A DNA stretch of 34,908 nt from Paraglomus brasilianum (taxonomy: Eukaryota), in the NCBI GenBank assembly GCA_910592345.1, contig CAJVPI010000007.1:62001-96908 (forward strand). The letters run 5' to 3'. The number at the start of each line of letters is the position of its first letter. Position 1 is the stretch's first letter. Shown here in pieces: positions 1 through 13,700 of the stretch. A model generated the notes under the pieces. It saw only the letters and a program-made list of their open reading frames with translations. It made no database searches and was not told the origin of the DNA. The translations under genes and the position numbers were made by a program.

Positions 1-313
1 GAAGACAAGTGAGTATCAAAACATGTCACCGAATTGCTTGTGATCGGTCTAAAGAACGATTGATGCGAATGTAAATTCTTTGGGCAGCGTGAAGTTGGAC
101 GTATGCATTGTGTGTAATAATGCTAGAATCATGGAGAAATCAATACTGAAAGATTGCGAAGTTGGAGCCGGATACGTTGTAGAAGCAGAGAGTGAGTATT
201 GTTCATTTTGTTTACTATTTTTCTATTCGTTGTTAGTAGGATACGTGTTGATCAACTTTTACTTTATAGCACAAACGAAAAATGAGCAGCTAGTAGAATT
301 TCGCGACCTATGA
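1..313 (+). CDS. 3' end of a left-handed beta-helix (hexapeptide-repeat) protein, most likely translation initiation factor eIF2B subunit gamma (partial; exons 1-8, 88-191, 270-313)
   Basis: Removing GT-AG introns 9-87 and 192-269 gives EDNVKLDVCIVCNNARIMEKSILKDCEVGAGYVVEAETQTKNEQLVEFRDL*. This resembles the LbH C-terminus of eIF2B-gamma. The 5' part lies outside the window. Confidence 0.65.
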
Positions 314-971
314 TATAATGTGTGATAAAAAAACCGTAATGAAATACCAATGCTTTGAAAAAAAAGTCCATCTGAAGCTGATAATTGATAGATATTATTA
401 ATCCAAGACATAATAAATTTGCCTCTAATTCAGTAATATTTTTTGGCATTCGTTTTTTCCACGTTTTGCTTAAAAGCTGCCCATAGTAAGTAATAGATTT
501 TTTTATGGGATTCAAGTCCGGACTGTTGGAACATTCTCGTGAAAGAAATTCTTGGGCCAGCGTTTGCGCGCGCGCGCGCAAGTCATTGCCTTGAAACATC
601 AGATAATGTCCAAGCATCAGTTTTTTAAGTTTCCACGGAGGGCAGACATGGATGAAAAGGGTTTAGCGTGATAGAACGTATAATATATTAAAGCCCACAT
701 ATTGTTGGAAACATTGCTAGCACTCAACTCCCATTGGTATTTTGACCACTAATGATTTCGATATGCTATTTGTAATAACAAATATAGATAATACTGGAAA
801 TCGGCCAATCATTGCCATTTTTCGATCCAAATGCAAAAACGGAAAATCTTATAAAAATGACTAATTGGGAATAATTCTATTTGCGATAAAAAAAATCAAA
901 TCAATCGATCGATCGATCCACACTCTTCTACTTACACTTTATCAAGTCCAGTTTTTCAACAAACATTAATA

Positions 972-2909
<1,938 letters not shown>

Positions 2910-3600
2910 ACTTGGCGTCATCCAATAATCGGAATGAGGTATTGAAGATAGACTGAATAAATAAAGTGTATGATTGGTTGCTATAGCGGGGGGAAGTGAA
3001 TATTCGTTCTATTATCCGAGTGATTTCGGCGAGTTTTATTGCCCATATAATTTTACAACAGTATCCCCTGAACAAAATTTGTTTAGTCTTTTGGTCGTCG
3101 AACAAAAGCAGTAACTCTTTAATTGATTTTTGTCAATATTCTAAAAATTAGACGATACAAAAGTTAACGTTGGGGATTCGATCGATCATAGCTATCTTGT
3201 AATAGTAATATCGTTTATTCAATTAAAAGTTTAGATATACCAATTGTACATTTCGGTTGTACTCTGGTGAAATACAGTCAAGCTATTGAAAAAAAGAAGC
3301 AAAGCTTACTGTAATTTCCAGAAATAAATAATTTTATTGTATATCTAAAAGAAAGTTCGAAGAATGTTTTTTTTTATACAATACAGGCGCAAGCAAAAAA
3401 ATGCACCGAAAAAATGGAAGCGGTTTAAAGAGGAGTCTATCAAAAGAGTTGATATGTCCAACTTCTACCAAAATTGAACGTAATTTACAAACAATACTCT
3501 ACCAATTGAAATTTACATTTAAAAGGTTTTGTGGAAAATAAGTTAAAGAAAAATTAGTGGGAAAACTAGTCGTATAATTTTTACACATAACAACGTCACA

Positions 3601-5584
3601 TTATTCTTCGCCGCGCAGTATTGAAGCAGCCACTTCAGCATCAAATGGATGCCGTACAAGTCTATCGTAAAGATCATCCGGTATCTTGTGAACCAGCTCC
3701 ACCGTCAGATCAATGACGGGCTTTGCCTTTAAATCAGGCATTGTCCTGAGTAGTTTCATGGGACTAGATCGACAGCATACCAATACAAATTTGATTAGTC
3801 TTTACGATTCTTACTCACTCTATTGTTTATAGCACGAACAAACGTTCAAGCAGTACCTTTGAGACTGTAACAGTTCGTCCTTCATTAGAATAAGTTGTGC
3901 GATTACACAAAGAATGTTCAGATGCACTCCGTATGCAAACAAGAAATCCCACAGTTTGAGTACTTCTTCCAAAGGTGGAGTACACGCACAGAATGTCAGA
4001 ACAGCTGAATTGGCGTAGTCAGATTTGAATATGGAAAAGTGTAGAGGTGGTATTATGCATTAGTGACTTTGTGACAGGTTAGCAATTAAACTGGCAAAAA
4101 AAAAAACGTAGAGCCGACCCTTACATGGCAACGCATAGATTTTGGCAGAAAGGTTTTTTGATTTGAGATGACTGAAAAGCGTAGGTTCGACAATCTCTAG
4201 ACACTGATCAAGTAACTGGAAAGAAATATATAATTATTGCATGGTGAATATAAATTAGTGAATGCAAATATAATACATTGAATAAGCAACATTACGATAT
4301 AGTACTACGATAATGTTTACACAAATACAATTACTGTCGTGCTGCTTACCTCAAGTCCACAATGGACTCCCTGTACCGTAGAATTTACGTAGAGCGGACA
4401 ACACATTTCGATGAATGTCGCAAAGGAGAAGAACGCATCGATTTCTGACATCGTAAACAGAAAGGGGGCTACAAGTACGTTCATTCCTTGCACGTACGTA
4501 ATATTATCGTTTCCAGACACTAGAATGGAAAAAAAAAAAGTGGTAGAACAATAACAAAATGAGATCATGAATTTCAAAGTACGCAGCTCGGTATAATCGA
4601 GAAGCTATTGCTACGTTATTTTTGTCACCGACAATTCTTTCGACCCAACCAATACTCACAGTGCATTTTCCATGTGAAAGCATTCAAAACTCGACTGAGC
4701 ATATCGTCATTGACTCTTTCTTTGAACGTCTTATTCGTAGTACACGTCCTGAACGTATCGTTTTTGACTTTGTTATACACGGCCGACTTTCCCTTCTTTA
4801 TCAATCGTATATATTCCTTAGCGGAGATATGATATACACCTAAAAAGTGTTTCCAAACTCGAGAGCGTACGGAAGTCGATCGAAGGTTGGCTTGGAGGGA
4901 ATGGTCTGATTTTGGAAGATGCTATAAAAATAGAAAGAAAAGGTTAGCATGCGAACGGATGAAAAGGAAAGAAAGCGGTGAAAGAATTATATAAAGATGA
5001 ATTTTCCGTAGTGAGATTATAAAGATAAAAAAAAATTTTTTTAAATTTTCTCTGGATTTACAGTATTCGTTTTCATTAGCGAATAAAAAAGTCTGGGCCA
5101 ACACTATTTTACCCATTTCCGTTTCCCAACCAAAAGTTGGTATACATACCTCGTCAGGTAATCCCTCGGTCAATATCAACCCTCTCAACTTGGTAAGCGA
5201 AGTCCTAACGTCTCTCTCAGTCTTGTGAGTCTTATTAAGTATAGCAGCGAATTCATTCCTTGGCTTCGGCTGCTGTGACCTTGACCTGCGCATTGGCACC
5301 TGTGACGATTCATTGGTGCTTGCATGACTGTTTAATTTTGTCAATGACTGTGATTTATGGTGTGTGAACTGTTTCAAGGAAGGCTTGGTAGTTTCGGGTT
5401 GTGAGCGGTTTTTAGAGAACGTGCAATTTGTGTCTGGGTGTGTATTTTGGCGAAGCATTGTAAAGTCACTGTTGTTTCGTCTGCCTCTTGGATTGTGTTG
5501 GGAAGCCATGAACGGTTTCTGGCTGAGACCATGCTTATAGGACGAGTGGAATAGAGCTGGCGGTAGTAATATTATTGGCGCCAT
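3601..5584 (-). CDS. BUB2: Bub2/Cdc16 TBC-domain GTPase-activating protein (mitotic exit/septation checkpoint), multi-exon
   Basis: Spliced minus-strand exons give LTKLRGLILTEGLP, RSRVWKHFLGV, KVKNDTFRT, YVQGMNVLVAPFLF, CPLYV..GVHCGL, LWDFLFAYGVHLNILCVIAQLIL and SPMKLLRTMPDL..DLYDRLVRHPFD. The start codon is uncertain (5584, or the MASQH Met near 5509). Confidence 0.9.
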
Positions 5585-6734
5585 GTTACTGAATTCTTTC
5601 TTTTTTTTATTGGGTAAATTATGTAACGAGAGGAATAATGATTACAGAATGTATAATGCGTTCTTCATGGAGTTGTATCTCGTAAAGAATGCTGCGAGAG
5701 CCAGGATATATACATTAGAGTGTTACACAGATTATATATGTACAGAGCGTTTAGGAAGTTTGTTTTAGGTTAGAGTGAACAGGGGAGGGCGGTAAGAAGT
5801 TCGCTCCGATATAATATTAATTTATATTACAACTTGTTGGGGGGAGGGAGATCTTTATTGGGAATTCTGTTGATAAGCGATAAAAAGTCGTCTTATTTGG
5901 GCAACACTTGATGTCACAAACAAAATTTCAGGATTTGTCGCCCACACAATGGTAATCGCGACATCTTATATAACATTATTGGTAATATCAACACATATTA
6001 TTACGATTATTGCTATTGTTATTAATAATAGTAATATTAATATTATTAGCATTATTTTATTAATATTAATAATATATTATTAACATATACCACTCTTATA
6101 CTCACTCTCATGCACTCTTATATTGACTCTCATTCACCTTGGTCATTCACTTTGGTCATTCACTCTCACTCTCACGAATTCTTTTTTCCGTTCGTATGTC
6201 ATTGTATTACATGAACTTTCAAAAGTCTTACGAACCGGTCTTAAGCCTTTTTTTTACTGTCAAGATTCAGTTGTTTTGGGACCGCCTGTTAGTGGTTAAA
6301 GTTTAGTTTCCATAAACAAGAAACGTCGATGTTCACGTATTATCGGAGATTATTATTAGCCTGGGTATTTATTTGCGATAAGGTGCGAACCTTATCAGCA
6401 ATTTCAAGACTATCGGTTGTTTGTTAAAAGATAAGGGGCTTGCGAACAAAGTATTAGCTTTTAGAATAATGATAATGGCGACAACAGTAGTACCAGGAAT
6501 ACAGAAACCGGCAACAAACTTGATATTAATATTTAATTCTAATGTATTGAACATCAAGCGATTGTGTCACGTGAACATTTCAGGGGGCATAACTGGGGCA
6601 TACACCCAGGCAAGCGCCACAGAACACGGACAAAGTAAAACTAACACCGGTTTTTCAACAAGTGAAATCTAACTATTCAAACAAGTGAATTTCAAATCTC
6701 TGCCCTGTATATACAAAGGATAGTAAAGATCACA

Positions 6735-7825
6735 ATGTTATCGATTTATGCTTTAAAACAATTCAATAATTGGATTGATATATTATCTCTGTCATTGGGT
6801 TACATTTGCGAGATATAATACGCGACCACGCTTCTGATGCTAGATAGCGGTGCTTTTTGGGTATGCTTCACTCCAACTGGGAGCTTTTTGTAAGAAAGTA
6901 GTTTTGTTTTAATTTATTCCCATTGTTGCAGAAACGAAACTCCTCAACACGTGTTACTTTTTGGAGCCTTGGGAACTCCTTGGCAAGTATTACTTATTCT
7001 GGAGCATCATAATCTTACTGGTTCTTACGATTGCGATCCAGATTGATAATCGTCTACTTGTTGGACAAACACAAATCCGAAGTTTGAAGCTCCATGATAG
7101 TAATAGGGGCACTCGATGAGATGATGGAGATAGTGAAATATTGCCAAAAATACCCAAGTATTAAACATAATAGGGAGAATTCTTCTAATAAGGATTAAGC
7201 ATAATTAAGAGTTGACAATAAAACTGCAGATCGAATTGCACACTTAACCCGTTATTTATAAAGCATTTTTTATTATTTTTATTGTATGTGTGCATGCTTT
7301 GTTAGTAGTAGCAACACAAGCTTGCATTCAACTCCGTGTGAACAACCTTTAATACGTTCTTGGATTGCAGATAAGCTATGCTTCTCATGGACCTACGAGC
7401 GAAAAACTTGTTGGCCGACGTATCTTTGGTGAGAAATGAAATAATTTCGCAGATTTCAATTAGTAAATCTTATACTTAAACATTTCATGGAATATAACAT
7501 ATTGGACTTTTCGTGCTTCTAATAGTGGTGCTTCCATCATCCGACTTATAACAGAGCCATAATATTCACTTTGACTGGTCATTACTGGAAGCGTGGGTCT
7601 TCAACTGATATGCTTACGTATATTAGTGCTAGTACTCAATATCCCCCCACCCACACCGGCGTACCGGAGAATTATAGTTTTTTAGCGATTTCTGATGATC
7701 TTTGCGTTCCAACGTGTATGGATAGGATGCATTATTTTAATAATGATTATCGTTTTAATGAAATTTTCACATGTTATTTCCATTGCGAAATGGATTATCA
7801 CTATTACCCTTTTTAAAGTGCTGTG
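6735..7825 (+). pseudogene. Probable degenerate multi-exon membrane-protein gene of unknown family
   Basis: Hydrophobic segments (YYLFWSIIILLVLTIAIQ; RFLMIFAFQRVWIGCIILIMIIVLMKFSHVISIAKWIITITLF) are separated by GT..AG-like AT-rich gaps. Stops and frameshifts are present and no intact model can be built. Confidence 0.3.
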
Positions 7826-8652
7826 ATGGTATTAGAAGCTGCGATAACTTTTCTCTTGGAAGAAGAGCTTGATTTGTTTTATATCTTGTTTTTACGTCCA
7901 ATGCAGAAAATGCCTTAACCAAAGCCCGAGTATTAGCCAAAATTACCAAAGAACCGTGAATATGTGAGATTTCCCCGAGTTATTTACTAGTCCAGAATAT
8001 TATTATTATGTTTAAGGAGTATGGAGTAGTTGAATTTAAATTTAGGCATGTGTTGATAATCTCAATCCTAAAAGATTTATTCTTTTTTCATACCTCCTTT
8101 ATTGGAAAACTTGTAATAGATTTAATAAACCGTCGGCCATACTTCCATAGAGACACTTATTAGAGTGAAAATATAGTCTTTTTCATAGATCGTATCATGT
8201 GAAACTGCAGCATTCAAGTATAAACTCTGCCCGTTAAAAGTGGTATAAATGTTGGTTTTTAGCCATAGCATCCTTTTTGATACAATGTTCTCCTATTTAT
8301 AGAACGATATAAAAATTCACGTGATGCTATTAATACACCCCCACCAAAAGTCTTCGAAACCCCCTTGAAATTTATAAATTTGTGCGTATATTATATATAT
8401 GGTTACTTTATTAAATGACAAACGTATACTTATCATTACTATTACTTTATAGCGTACGATCAATTTAGCTTTAAACGGATTCTAAAAATAATTTTTATTT
8501 TTATGGTAATTACCCGATGCTCATCGCATGCGTTGATCGAATGCCAATCTATACTTGTTTGTCACATCATGCTAATATGTATTCTATGTATGCCCAAGCT
8601 TTAATGATAACTAGGGGGAGCGTTCATTCTGAGACCGACCCGAAATGGGAGG

Positions 8653-8779
8653 CAATCATTTCGTCGACAATCATTTCATCGACAATCATTTCACCGACAA
8701 CATTATTTCGAAGTTATCCTTTTTTGGTAGTTAATTGTCGGTGAAATGTACTGTCGGTGAAATGATTGTCGATGAAATA
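8653..8779. repeat. Miniature foldback-type element: three tandem 15-bp units mirrored by three inverted copies
   Basis: CAATCATTTCRYCGA x3 at 8653-8697. Reverse-complement copies TGTCGRTGAAAT.. x3 at 8736-8779. Confidence 0.75.
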
Positions 8780-9715
8780 ATACGGACCCACAAGAAATCT
8801 AGCTTTTGTTTTTCTTTATCGAATTATTTAACATATTCAGCTTAAAAAACGGCACATAAATTAGAATGTTGCTTTTTTTACGTTTAAGTTGTCGAGTCCA
8901 ACGTTTTACTGCTAGAAATGTATATAGGCAAATTATTTGGAAAGCAGGTGTTAATGGCAGAATTTTCTTGATTAAAAACGGTTTGATGGTCGCGTATCAG
9001 AATTACCAGAAATAAATTTGATGACAATTTATTTTACCTGACATACAACCCAACAAACACGCATACTACCAAATGCATGACCTGCAGTTGGAATAAACGT
9101 TAGACTTGTAATACTTGCATCCTATTTAAATTTATTAACCAGAAACATCTGATTATTTATATAATATTAAACTTATACTGACATACGGTGAATCAACCTT
9201 CGTGTTGCGCTGACACAAATACTTAGCTTTTGTTTATTAAAAATGAATAGCATATTATACCAATCTGGACATTAACATGGCTAATACTAATGCATAACAA
9301 TGACCACCACTGTATTAATTTAATCCAGAGTTTGGTAATTTTACGGATAACTAGACTGTGATATTAACAAACTCATGTAATCAAGAGTTAGAAGGGGTAC
9401 TTTCGTGCATTTGAGCTTAGCATAGTCCCTGATTTATGTTAGTTCAACATCTAAATTCCAACTTTGCCACAACAAAAATTATTATTTGAGAAATGTAAAT
9501 TTAATTCACAATGAAAACGGTGTGTCCACCCAATAAAGCGTGTTAATTTTAGGTTTACAGTCCCGGGAAAAAATAATGACAGTGCTTATCAAGCACCAAG
9601 TTTTTCATGATAATAAATTCTATTTGCAATAAAGGTAATAAAATTTTTTACATGTTTTTGGCATTAACTTTTACGTTAAAAAAAGCAAGTTTTTGTTCTG
9701 GCCAAGGGCATTGTT

Positions 9716-9747
<32 letters not shown>

Positions 9748-10948
9748 TTCATAAAAGAACGCCGATATTTATTGTTCTATGAGTACGGCTACTATTATCA
9801 AAAGTGTTTGCGAAGCATTCTATTCTAAACGTAAACATTCGTAATCGAAGCATGCATTCCTCTTCGTATAGACGATAGAAAAAAATGTTCTCTATTTTGC
9901 TCCAACTACACCAATAATATTTATCCCGCATTAGGTACATTGCATACTCTATTAGTATTAGATAATGACGTATCGTTTAATTTGTAAAATGCCATCATCT
10001 TGCACGTCGACCCATACTCGCGGCTTGGTCAATTAGCCGTTCGCGAATTAATCAAATTACCAAGAATTAGAAGCAGGCTGTTTGAATTACGCGTGACTTT
10101 ACAGACATTACATAATAGGAAATAATATTAATAATTACAAGTCTTATTAAGCAACTTCTTACTGATTAATTACAAGTTTGCTAAATCATTTCTTCTAGAA
10201 AGGGACATTAAACAAATGGATAATGTCGAATTTTTTTCTGTGTTGATTTTTGCAAAATAAACTCAATATTTTTGTCATTGCGGTAATCAGACGGGATGGA
10301 TCTTATTGATAAATTATTTTCGAAAAGCAATTTTCCTTACCACCATGAAGAAGAAAAACGTTATTAGAGAAAAAAGTTTAAAGACTTGCACCAGGGATGG
10401 GTTAAATATAATCTTTTATACAAATTTTATACACGTTTATACGCTTTGTTTAACTAATTGTTATTCTGCAAAGTTACTATCAATATAAATCTAGTCTATT
10501 TTGCTTGCTAAATGTCATTGTCTAATTAGTGTTGTTTACCTTTTGCTTTAGCTCACAAAATTCGCTGATCTTGCTTCTATCACAGTTTTCTAATGATGCA
10601 ATACTAGAAAGCAGTTTTAACCTGAACGGAGTTTTTAAACCAAAAACCCCCCGCAAGTAAAGGAATTGACGAGTTCCAGAAGTCACTCGGATGATAAAAC
10701 AGCCCAAACTTTAATACTGAATGTCAAACTAAACGTTCGATTTGTGAAATCATTTAGATTGTCAAAAATAACTTCTCAAACCCTTTTATTTTAAGCTTCT
10801 CAATATCATGGCAGAATAATAGTTAATTTATGTAACGTGTAGGCATCTTGAGTACTATTTTGCCCATAGAGTGGTTATGATCTTGCGACGTGACCGAGTT
10901 TTCTTGTCGGTATTACATGCATAAGAATAGAACGCACAAAACGTATTA

Positions 10949-11544
10949 CATAGTCAACCTCGTTAATCCGAAGTCAACGGACCGAGGCTTAAGTTTAGAT
11001 TAACGGCATCTTCGGATTAACGAGGTTTGTTCTCAATAATCCGAACTTGCTATTGGATTCTTCGGTTTGCACTTAAATCTTTATTATTGTTTAGTTATTA
11101 TTATCACAACGTACACAAAATGGTTCTACACGCTTCCACCTGCTAACATCTGATTATATCGTCTCGCTTTGAGGTGCAAAAAAACTGTCAAGATGTAATT
11201 GTTGCTTACTTTGTATTTCAAGCACTTTAATCATTCTCTAAGATCGACTACAAGACGGTGATTGATGTCGAATTTTGTCGCACATTCTTGTCTAATAAAT
11301 CATCGATGTTTTCATCCTCGTATTCTTCACACGGTTCTGGTGTTTCAATGCCTGTGACAATTTCTATAACGTCTTCACCAATTGGTATTCTCTCAGTCTC
11401 TCCAAAGAAATGATTATCTATCTCGGCAATCTTTAATTTTTTCTTTTGTCTTTTGGCTTACGGTTCATTATGAAAAATAAATTCAAAGAGAGAGTTAAGC
11501 TTCATAAGCTGATGAGATTTTTCGGATTAACGAGATTGATTATG
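10949..11544 (-). mobile_element. Non-autonomous pogo/Tigger-like (Tc1-mariner superfamily) DNA transposon derivative
   Basis: 24-bp TIRs CATAGTCAACCTCGTTAATCCGAA / TTCGGATTAACGAGATTGATTATG (2 mismatches), flanked by TA on both sides, plus an internal inverted copy near 11011. A minus-strand acidic coding remnant ends KQQLHLDSFFAPQSETI*, like pogo transposase C-termini. Confidence 0.8.
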
Positions 11545-11928
11545 TAGTTGACTTTTTTAATTAGACGCGTATTTTGGAAGGAAATAAAGCCTATGCATTT
11601 TACTCCAAAAAATTTTTCGCGCACTATATCTTTGGAGCCTTTATGGTCGGCGTAATTATCCTCACTCGGACAAATTTGCCTTGGGTATTGCCGAGAGTTG
11701 TATGCTCGTAGTCAAAGCTTCAGAACCGTTTTCGTAGACAATAGCTTCATTCAATGCAAGCACAGGTTCCATATGAGTTTGCATGTTTCATGCGCGTTTT
11801 CGGTTCCGCCATTCAAAGACCGACAACCACAAACATATTTAAAGACATTATCTCCCAAATTCTTTAACCATTGCAATATTTTGCTTATTTGAAAATCAAA
11901 ATTGGTAAACACATAAACTCTCTCCTCA

Positions 11929-13637
11929 ATGCTAACACCACCAAAGAAGGGCTCAAGCAAAAGGAGGTCTTCAGCTCTCCAACCTACGAACAACTCGTCA
12001 GCTACCCAACCTACAAACTTAAGACCTTATTGGAACGAAAAAGTCGCGGCATGGTTTCAGAAATTGTAGTTACCCGTTATGACCGACTCTGCCGCGACCT
12101 CATCAACTCCCCTGATACTACAAACTTATAGTTTTTGTCAACAAAACGACACGAACTTTCCCAAGATATCCTTGCAATCAAGCAAGGAAGAAGAGTCGCC
12201 CAACGAGAATCTCAAACAAGGAAAAAAGCGCAAGATCAGGACAACAGCAGCACACAACAAACGACAACACGTGGAAGCTCTCCATTGTACACTGCTAATC
12301 AAAGTATATCCAAATTACCTTCAAAAGCAGCTATTAAAACGGTGGATGGGCTTGTTGAGATATGCTTATAATGCAGTTGTCCGCTGGAGTCGATACCGCC
12401 GTTTCTATACCAAAGATTCGCATCACGACGGGTTTGGATAAAATCTCAATCTATTGAAAGTAAGCTTAAGATTTACACGGATGTTTGTGTAGGAAAAGAC
12501 GTTAATGAGCAATGAGAAAAAGAGACTTTAAAAATCATGCGTGTGGGGTGAACGCAATGCTGATTCAAGGTACACATGGCAAAGTGCCTTCAAACGTTAT
12601 CGATGAGGCGATTGGTGAAGCATTAACTGCTAGGTATGATTGTTATTTTTCGATTTTTTTTTTTTTTTTTTTTTTTTTTGTTTTGTTTTGATTTATTTAT
12701 TTATTTATTCATTTATTCATTTGTTTTAGGGACAAGATAATTAACCAAAATGTAGGCCCAACCACGAATCGAAAAGAATTTTTCAAAATCCACGTGGAAC
12801 CGTTTTTATACGTACGTATCACCCATCTCCATAATCCATCAATGCTTTCCGCATACCGTCATAATAAGAAGCCTGTTATCACTCTGGACGACAAACGCGA
12901 TTTGTGGATAGAATAACGTCCGATTGCAAGATCACATATATTCGCAAAATTAATGAATGGAAATTTTCGGGTTTACGAGACGCAAAAACAACTCCGCGAA
13001 ACCCAAGCGGATAGTTCTATTCATGCAGTTTTCCATTGACCCTGGCGGTCGTACACCCTTCACATGATACTCTCCTACCAAAGGTGTAGGTAAAATTGGC
13101 CAATACGACATTGGACAAATTATTCGTCTATGCAAGCATATGGATAATCTTCTTTCTATAAAGGACATGCTGGCTGCCTCTAGTTCAAAACGTAAGAAGA
13201 AAAAGACCTTGCGACTTGACAAGGCAATCTTTCAGATGCGACGAAAAATCAAACACCTGCAAAGTGAAATTCATAAAAAGAGTGTCGCATTTTTTACTCG
13301 CGAATTTGACGCCATTATCATTCCTCCTTTTGAGGTATCGAATAAGGTAAATCGAAAAACAAGAAAGATAACACGAAAAACCGTTCGTAGAATGCTCTGT
13401 TGGGGCCACTATCAATTTCGCCAACGTCTGGTGGCTAAAGCAGAAGAAAACTTGCAGCTGGTGTGGGAGCGTTCAAAAAATAGGAGAGGGACTGTGGATG
13501 AAAATGGCGCTCGGAGAATCTTCCTCCGGGCATTGCTTGATGGAGCCTTGATTCTCTCCGGGGATCATGCAATCATACAGTCAACTGCCTTTAATTCGTC
13601 CAAAGTCATCGGTCGAATTAACGACAGACGTACTTAA
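11929..13637 (+). pseudogene. Fanzor (IS607-associated eukaryotic TnpB-like RNA-guided nuclease), degenerate, one intron
   Basis: ATG at 11929. Motifs IKVYPNYLQKQLLKRWMGLLRYAYN, VPSNVIDEAIGEA, DCKITYIRKINEW, RuvC-I FSIDPGGRTPFT (D at 13038), IHKKSVAFFTREFDAIIIPPFEVSN, RKTVRRMLCWGHYQFRQRLVAKAEE, a KTCSWCG zinc-finger half and RuvC-III DENGARRIFLRAL (D at 13497). In-frame stops at 12067 and 13065 plus frameshifts. GT-AG intron 12634-12729. Confidence 0.9.
11950..12200 (+). pseudogene. Remnant of an IS607-family TnpA serine recombinase overlapping the Fanzor 5' region in another frame
   Basis: The frame of ORFs 11871-12131 and 12135-12371 reads KQKE..YPTYKL.KTLLERKSRGMVSEIVVTRYDRLCR...ELSQDILAI. 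This matches the IS607 resolvase pattern (EVVVxxxDRLxR, ELxxDLLxI). The catalytic YARVS motif and N-terminal HTH were not found. Confidence 0.75.
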
Positions 13638-13690
13638 TATTAAGGAAGAACAATAATATTAAAAAATCGGGTCTTGCTCAAGGCGATCGA
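13530..13690 (+). ncRNA. Candidate Fanzor omegaRNA scaffold, element right end and flanking guide
   Basis: Hairpins at 13549-13567 (TGATTCTC-TCC-GGGGATCA), 13591-13621 (TTAATTCGTCC...GGTCGAATTAA) and 13634-13662 (TTAATATT...AATATTAA), followed by AAAAAATCGG ending at 13670. The position overlapping and just after the nuclease ORF matches TnpB/Fanzor organisation. Expression is not shown. Confidence 0.5.
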
Positions 13691-13700
13691 ATTACCGGGA

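Noticed and set aside
264..617. 117-aa minus-strand ORF and a GCGCGC run
   Set aside because: Overlaps the 3' end and terminator region of the first gene and has no recognisable motif.
5990..6180. AT-rich and CACTCT low-complexity repeats
   Set aside because: Simple sequence upstream of BUB2 with no defined unit or termini.
8900..10750. Scattered short ORFs that might be gene remnants
   Set aside because: No motif could be recognised, so no call is supportable without a search.
11698..11720. LYARSQS as the catalytic YARVS motif of TnpA
   Set aside because: It lies ~230 bp upstream of the resolvase remnant, beyond the shared module, and lacks the following conserved residues; probably chance.
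12067..13067. RIP-like mutation signature from two TGG-to-stop changes
   Set aside because: Two events are too few, and no consensus is available to measure a transition bias.
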